From NCBI GenBank assembly GCA_043822785.1, contig JBDRBN010000059.1:1-20598 (forward strand): a DNA stretch of 20,598 nucleotides. The letters run 5' to 3'. This DNA comes from Pseudomonadota bacterium. GTDB lineage: Bacteria; UBA10199; 2-02-FULL-44-16; JAAZCA01. This document shows positions 15,998 to 20,598 of the stretch, piece by piece (within the stretch, counting starts at the first letter, position 1; every line of letters begins with the position of its first letter). The notes under the pieces were generated by a model. It was not told the origin of the DNA. It saw only the letters and a program-made list of their open reading frames with translations, and did not search any database. The translations under genes were made by a program, and so were the position numbers.

Positions 15998-17668
15998 ATG
16001 TTGCTTTCAGACAAGATAAAGTCCTTTCCACGCCGGCCTGGCGTGTATCTATTTAAAAACGCTGACAATGATGTGCTCTATGTGGGCAAGGCAAAGAGCC
16101 TGCGCGATCGGGTGCGCAGCTACTTTGGCAAGGGCGGCGACGAGCGGCCCCAGGTGAAGTTCCTCATCAAGCGTACTTTAGATATCGAATTCATAGTTAC
16201 AGATACCGAGCGCGAAGCGCTGCTTTTGGAAAATACGCTCATCAAACGCTATAAGCCACGCTACAATATAGACCTAAGAGACGACAAGACTTACGTGTCC
16301 ATACGCATAGGCGCAGAGCATGCTTCGCCCGGCATCTCGCTAACTCGAAGGGTCAAACAGGACGGCGCGCTCTATTTTGGGCCATATGATTCCTCTTCTG
16401 CAGCGCGCCAGGCAGTTGATCAGATAACACGTTATTTTCAGATCAGAACCTGCAGCGATCGCGAGTTTGCCAACCGCGTACGCCCTTGCCTCAAATACGA
16501 TATAGGGCGCTGTACTGCTCCTTGCGTGGGCAAGGTTTCAGATCAAAGCTACGTTTTGCAGGTGGATGAGGCAAAGATGTTTCTGTCTGGACGCAGCCGT
16601 GAGCTCGCCAATCTCCTCAAGGAAAAGATGAAAGATGCCTCTTCCTCCCAAAAATACGAGGATGCGGCCAGGCTAAGGGATGCTGTAGACATGCTCGAGG
16701 GCGTAATGGAGCAGCAGGCTGTGGTGCGGCGCAAGGGTGGCGATCACGATGCAGTGGCTATGGCAAGATCTGGAAAGAATTCTGCAATATGCGTAATGCA
16801 AGTGCGCGCAGGTGCCCTTATCGGAAAAAGGAGTTTTACGTTTGGACAGACATGTGAAGATGAAAGAGGAGCTTTAGAAGAATTTCTCATACAGCACTAC
16901 AGGGAAGGCTCCAAAATTCCAGAGAGGATATATCTTCAGCACCTGCCAGAGGGCGCCCGGGCAGCAGCAGAGATATTAGGCGAGCGGCGCGGCACCAAGG
17001 TATCCATATCAGTACCTACTCGGGGTGAGATGGCGCGCCTTGTAGAGCTTGCACGCACCAATGCAATAGAGACCCTAGCGATAAAGGCCAAGCAGCGCAC
17101 TGAGGCTGACACGCTTGAGAGGTTAGCGCGCATGCTCAAGGTGCATGGGCCATTGGAGACTATAGAGTGTGTGGACATATCAAATCTTGGCGGCAAAGAG
17201 GCTGTGGGATCGCTAGTAACATTTACAGGGGGTCTGCCGGATAAAACTCGCTATCGTATTTACAATATAAGGACCAAAGAAACGCCTGATGACTATGCAA
17301 TGATGTTTGAAACTCTCTCGCGCAGATACAAAGCTGAAGTTGGGCTTCGCCAAACGCACAAGAAATATATGCCTCCTCCTGATCTTCTTCTCGTAGACGG
17401 TGGAAAGGGACAGCTTGCGATAGCGCAGCGCGCGCTAAAGGAGTGTGGCGTATCCATTGCAATTGCAGCCATTGCTAAAGGCGAAAAAAAAGGTCGCGCA
17501 GATCAGATATTCATTCCTGGCAGAAAGAATCCTTTGAATTTTAAACGCGGATCAAAGGAGCTGCTCCTGCTTATGCGCATTCGCGATGAGGCACATCGGT
17601 TTGGTATAACTGCTCATAGACGGCGCCGCTCAAAAACATTGACAGAGAAGATAAAACATTCGGTTTAA
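15998..17668 (+). CDS. uvrC: Excinuclease ABC subunit C, lacking the C-terminal helix-hairpin-helix domain
   Basis: GIY-YIG domain (PGVYLF..LYVGKAKSLRDRV), Cys-rich region, UVR domain and RNase H-like domain (IECVDISN, LVDGGKGQ, RDEAHRFG). Confidence 0.95.
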   Translation: MLLSDKIKSFPRRPGVYLFKNADNDVLYVGKAKSLRDRVRSYFGKGGDERPQVKFLIKRTLDIEFIVTDTEREALLLENTLIKRYKPRYNIDLRDDKTYVSIRIGAEHASPGISLTRRVKQDGALYFGPYDSSSAARQAVDQITRYFQIRTCSDREFANRVRPCLKYDIGRCTAPCVGKVSDQSYVLQVDEAKMFLSGRSRELANLLKEKMKDASSSQKYEDAARLRDAVDMLEGVMEQQAVVRRKGGDHDAVAMARSGKNSAICVMQVRAGALIGKRSFTFGQTCEDERGALEEFLIQHYREGSKIPERIYLQHLPEGARAAAEILGERRGTKVSISVPTRGEMARLVELARTNAIETLAIKAKQRTEADTLERLARMLKVHGPLETIECVDISNLGGKEAVGSLVTFTGGLPDKTRYRIYNIRTKETPDDYAMMFETLSRRYKAEVGLRQTHKKYMPPPDLLLVDGGKGQLAIAQRALKECGVSIAIAAIAKGEKKGRADQIFIPGRKNPLNFKRGSKELLLLMRIRDEAHRFGITAHRRRRSKTLTEKIKHSV

Positions 17669-18615
17669 TCCTTCTCATCATCTACGGGCATATAGAATGT
17701 TGGCGGCGTCATTCCAGACGAGCCTTCAAAGAGCAGTTTGCAATCGCGTGTTATGCCCCTGATGGTTCTTAGATGCTTATTTTTTCCGTTGCCAGCTGTC
17801 ACCCCGCGCACAACTATACCAGGCCACATGTCATGCCTTTCGATGTACAGCAGTCGGTTATAAGGAGACATGTTATCTGTAGGCGTTAGTTCAAAGAAGA
17901 CGGGTTGTGGAAGCGGCGGTCTTATGCTCGATGTGTTGAATGCTCCTGAATTAACATATTTGATGTATCGTTTGTAAGCCGCATCTCGAATATCGGTATT
18001 AGATGTTTTACCTCTTTTCCAATCTTGAATAATAGTCTTTGCTACAAGAGTGGGCGAGGTTTTTCTGCCTGAACGCTCGATCATCTCTATTTTTTTAAGC
18101 GCGTCTTTGACGAGCATATCGATATCTTGCATCAACCGAGGCCTTATATCTTCTGGAACAATGGATGAGTTTGAAGCCAACTTAAGCAGCTCTTCTTTCA
18201 TCTTTTCGAACCTACGTCTTTGTACCTGCTGCGAGTCATCTGCCTGCATAGCCATCAAGCATAAACCAAGGCTGCCTATATTAGTTGTTGCGCCGAGGGC
18301 AGCAGGTACGGCAATCGGTTTTTCAAAAAAACCAGTGAGGTAGCGTTTAAAAAACCAGATAGAAGCTGCAGATACGATAAGCAGCGAAAGCATGTTTGCT
18401 GAACTAAAATCCTCTGATGGGGCTGTCTCGAATTGTGATGATACGAGCATCTTATTGGCTGTAAATATTGGTGCATCTATTTGTGCTTCACGCGCCAAGT
18501 CGTGGTCATATACGGCATATGAGTTCACAACGAGTTGTCTACTTGATGGGAATAAGACAGGTACGAGTGATGGTGCAATTGCAAATGCGTTTGTTGTTAT
18601 AAAAGTTCTCATCAC
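17665..18615 (-). CDS. Orphan protein, 316 aa, with an N-terminal leader and a TM helix
   Basis: Long ORF with MLSLLIVSAASIWFF followed by KR. Overlaps the uvrC stop convergently by 4 nt. The start is GTG 18615 or ATG 18612. Confidence 0.75.
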   Translation of the reverse strand: MMRTFITTNAFAIAPSLVPVLFPSSRQLVVNSYAVYDHDLAREAQIDAPIFTANKMLVSSQFETAPSEDFSSANMLSLLIVSAASIWFFKRYLTGFFEKPIAVPAALGATTNIGSLGLCLMAMQADDSQQVQRRRFEKMKEELLKLASNSSIVPEDIRPRLMQDIDMLVKDALKKIEMIERSGRKTSPTLVAKTIIQDWKRGKTSNTDIRDAAYKRYIKYVNSGAFNTSSIRPPLPQPVFFELTPTDNMSPYNRLLYIERHDMWPGIVVRGVTAGNGKNKHLRTIRGITRDCKLLFEGSSGMTPPTFYMPVDDEKD

Positions 18616-18752
18616 GCCCTTTCATGTTGTTTTCGAGGGAATTTTGACGCTAATGGGTTCATAAAGACTAATTTTGACAAAGCCGCATAACGTATCTATC
18701 GGATTATTCCAATATTACAAGAACTTAAAACACCTACTCCAGCGCCCTGCCC

Positions 18753-18768
18753 TGGCATGTCCCTTGCT
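18753..18768 (+). promoter_or_regulatory. sigma54 promoter
   Basis: TGGCATGTCCCTTGCT (GG-N10-GC), with an IHF-like ttacaagaactta about 30 nt upstream. Confidence 0.7.
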
Positions 18769-18793
18769 CAATTTATGCGTGGAGGGCACTGCT

Positions 18794-19048
18794 ATGAGAA
18801 AGCAGGAAGGACAACTAAACCAGATTATTATGAAGGAGATTCTGGCTGGATCTGACGTGGAAACGTCAGAGGCAGGACCTGCGGTTCTCTCATGCGGCGG
18901 AATGTATATTCCACACCGGGGCCAGAGGCAGGATGTGCTCTATCAGATCATCACAACACACAAGAGCGACGAGCCAGTCAAGGTTGTGACCGGCTCGCGT
19001 CCGAAAAATGTGCTTTATGAGGTTTTGCTAAAGGAGTCTATGAATTAA
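18794..19048 (+). CDS. Hypothetical small protein, 84 aa
   Basis: ggagg RBS, sigma54 promoter upstream and terminator downstream. Contains internally similar segments DVLYQII and NVLYEVL. Confidence 0.7.
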   Translation: MRKQEGQLNQIIMKEILAGSDVETSEAGPAVLSCGGMYIPHRGQRQDVLYQIITTHKSDEPVKVVTGSRPKNVLYEVLLKESMN

Positions 19049-19096
19049 GAACTCTTTGATTGTGCTGGCATATTGCCAGCAGCTACTTTTTCCTTG

Positions 19097-19123
19097 AGGC
19101 GGGTTTTAGAGAACCCGCCTTTT
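19097..19123 (+). terminator. Rho-independent terminator
   Basis: aggcgggtt/aacccgcct stem followed by Ts. Confidence 0.7.
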
Positions 19124-19134
19124 GCCTATATAAA

Positions 19135-19208
19135 AACTGCGAGAAAGGCGAGAAACGCGAGAAAGGTTTTAGAGAACGTTGCTTGCGTTTCTCGCGTTGC
19201 TTGCAGTT
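19135..19208. repeat. Complete inverted 9-mer-array element
   Basis: aact-gcgagaaag gcgagaaac gcgagaaag, a 12-nt spacer, then gttgcttgc gtttctcgc gttgcttgc-agtt. Confidence 0.8.
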
Positions 19209-19210
19209 AT

Positions 19211-20263
19211 TTATCCTTCACTAATCTCAACTAACTCTGAAATTGATTTTTCGTAAGGTGGTTCTGCTATCCCTCGCTCAGTAATAATCGCAGTGACGAG
19301 CTCAGCAGGGGTTACGTCAAACGATGGGTTTATGACTTTTACGTAGTCAGGAGTAATCTGCATTGAACCTATGTGCGTTACTTCTGTGTGATCGCGTTCC
19401 TCTATGGGGATGTCATCTCCACATGTGATCTTTGGATCAATGGTGGATATAGGTGCTGCCACATAAAAGGGCAGATCGTGGTGATTTGCCAAAACCGCAA
19501 CTTGATATGTGCCTATCTTGTTTGCCACATCGCCGTTTGCGGCAATGCGGTCAGCGCCCACTATGCATGCGTTTATCCTTCCTTGCTGCATAAGGCTGCC
19601 AACCATGGTGTCTGATATCACAGTTACCTGTAGGCCGTGTTTTTGAAGCTCCCATGCGGTGAGCTTTGCGCCCTGAAGCCTGGGTCTGGTTTCGCTGGCT
19701 ATGACATGCAACCTTTTGCCGGCTTCCTCTGCTGCATATATAACACCAAGTGCAGTGCCATATCCTGCAGTTGCCAGCGCTCCGGCATTACAATGGGTAA
19801 GCACTGTCATGCCATCTTCAAGAAGCTTCTGACCATGGCGGCCTATCATTCTGTTGGATTCAATGTCCTCGGCATAAATCTTAAGCGCCTCAGACCTAAG
19901 GGCTTGGGTTATTTCAGCTAGCGGGCGATCCTTGTTTGCCAGCGCACACGCTTTCATTCGATCGAGCGCCCAGAATAAGTTTACGGCCGTTGGGCGCGTA
20001 TCGCCGATGCGATCGCAGATGCTGACAAGCTTTTCATAGTATTCGTCAAAGTTCTTTACGCCAATTCCCAAAGCGCCCAGCGCAACTCCCATGGCAGCTG
20101 CCACTCCTATTGCAGGTGCTCCCCGAATGACCATATTCTTTATGGCCTGGGCTACACCAAGATAGTCTTCGTATGTATTATAGACTTCCTCGGTGGGCAG
20201 CTTGCGTTGATCGAGTATTATTACTTTGTTGTCTTTCCATTCTATGGTTTTGATGATGTCCAT
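19211..20263 (-). CDS. mtnA: S-methyl-5-thioribose-1-phosphate isomerase
   Basis: [48 protein letters not shown] and ANKIGTY motifs. Confidence 0.97.
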   Translation of the reverse strand: MDIIKTIEWKDNKVIILDQRKLPTEEVYNTYEDYLGVAQAIKNMVIRGAPAIGVAAAMGVALGALGIGVKNFDEYYEKLVSICDRIGDTRPTAVNLFWALDRMKACALANKDRPLAEITQALRSEALKIYAEDIESNRMIGRHGQKLLEDGMTVLTHCNAGALATAGYGTALGVIYAAEEAGKRLHVIASETRPRLQGAKLTAWELQKHGLQVTVISDTMVGSLMQQGRINACIVGADRIAANGDVANKIGTYQVAVLANHHDLPFYVAAPISTIDPKITCGDDIPIEERDHTEVTHIGSMQITPDYVKVINPSFDVTPAELVTAIITERGIAEPPYEKSISELVEISEG

Positions 20264-20306
20264 TCTTTACCGGTCTCCTTGAAATATTAGATAGTTAAGT
20301 AATTAA

Positions 20307-20455
20307 AAGCACCAAGCACCAAATCACAAATTCCAAATAAATTCCAAATTCCAATTTTCCAATAACCGAAACACAGCGTTGAGAAGGTTTTGTTTGGAAC
20401 TTGGTAATTGGAGTTTGGTGCTTATTTGGAATTTGGTGCTTGGAATTTGGAATTT
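20307..20455. repeat. Large inverted array of 7-mer units (AAATTCC/AAGCACC)
   Basis: aagcacc aagcacc aaatcac aaattcc aaat aaattcc aaattcc... is mirrored by ...ggtgctt attt ggaattt ggtgctt ggaattt ggaattt. Confidence 0.85.
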
Positions 20456-20501
20456 CATAATTTCCACTGCTGTCGCGTTAGAACTGCTTGTTTTTCATGG
20501 A

Positions 20502-20587
20502 TGTCATTGCGAGCAAAGCGAAGCAATCCCCTTATAACCTGTGTTTGCGGGAGATTGCTTCGTCGCTAAACGCTCCTCGCAATGACA
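20502..20587. repeat. REP-like palindrome (TGTCATTGCGAG family)
   Basis: tgtcattgcgagc..gaagcaatccc / gagattgcttcg..ctcgcaatgaca. Confidence 0.85.
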
Positions 20588-20598
20588 CCTAGACATGA

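Noticed and set aside
18695..18725. Minus-strand TCCGATAG as a fourth sigma28-like promoter for the 316-aa orphan
   Set aside because: There is no GCAA or TAAA at the 15-nt spacing.
19102..19177. GTTTTAGAG twice, resembling the start of type II-A CRISPR repeats
   Set aside because: Only two 13-nt copies, no 36-nt repeat, the intervening sequence is itself repetitive, and there are no cas genes.

Overview
Bacterial chromosomal window, probably from a deltaproteobacteria-like lineage (inferred from the carD/cdnL-ispD-ispF-cysS-uvrB order, the sigma54 promoters and the repeat types). Core genes are an amgK-murU peptidoglycan-recycling pair, an IPT/TIG lipoprotein, a UPF0104 membrane protein, rlmE, tRNA-Phe(GAA), carD-ispD-ispF-cysS, uvrB, an OprO/P-like porin, a UvrC lacking its C-terminal HhH domain, and mtnA. 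The window starts in the 3' end of an IS200-type element that abuts half of a palindromic repeat. Several orphan genes and a rich non-coding layer lie between the core genes. (1) A recurring GCAA-N15-GNCGAYAA sigma28-like promoter occurs three times: twice before short terminator-ended non-coding transcripts and once before a probably leaderless orphan operon. (2) Three consensus sigma54 promoters all precede small proteins of unknown function. (3) Three orphan proteins share an N-terminal leader plus hydrophobic-helix architecture. (4) At least three families of intergenic palindromic or 7-/9-mer repeats are present, and one has been recruited into the IspD C-terminus. Functional interpretations of the orphan and sRNA layer are inference; no database search was run.
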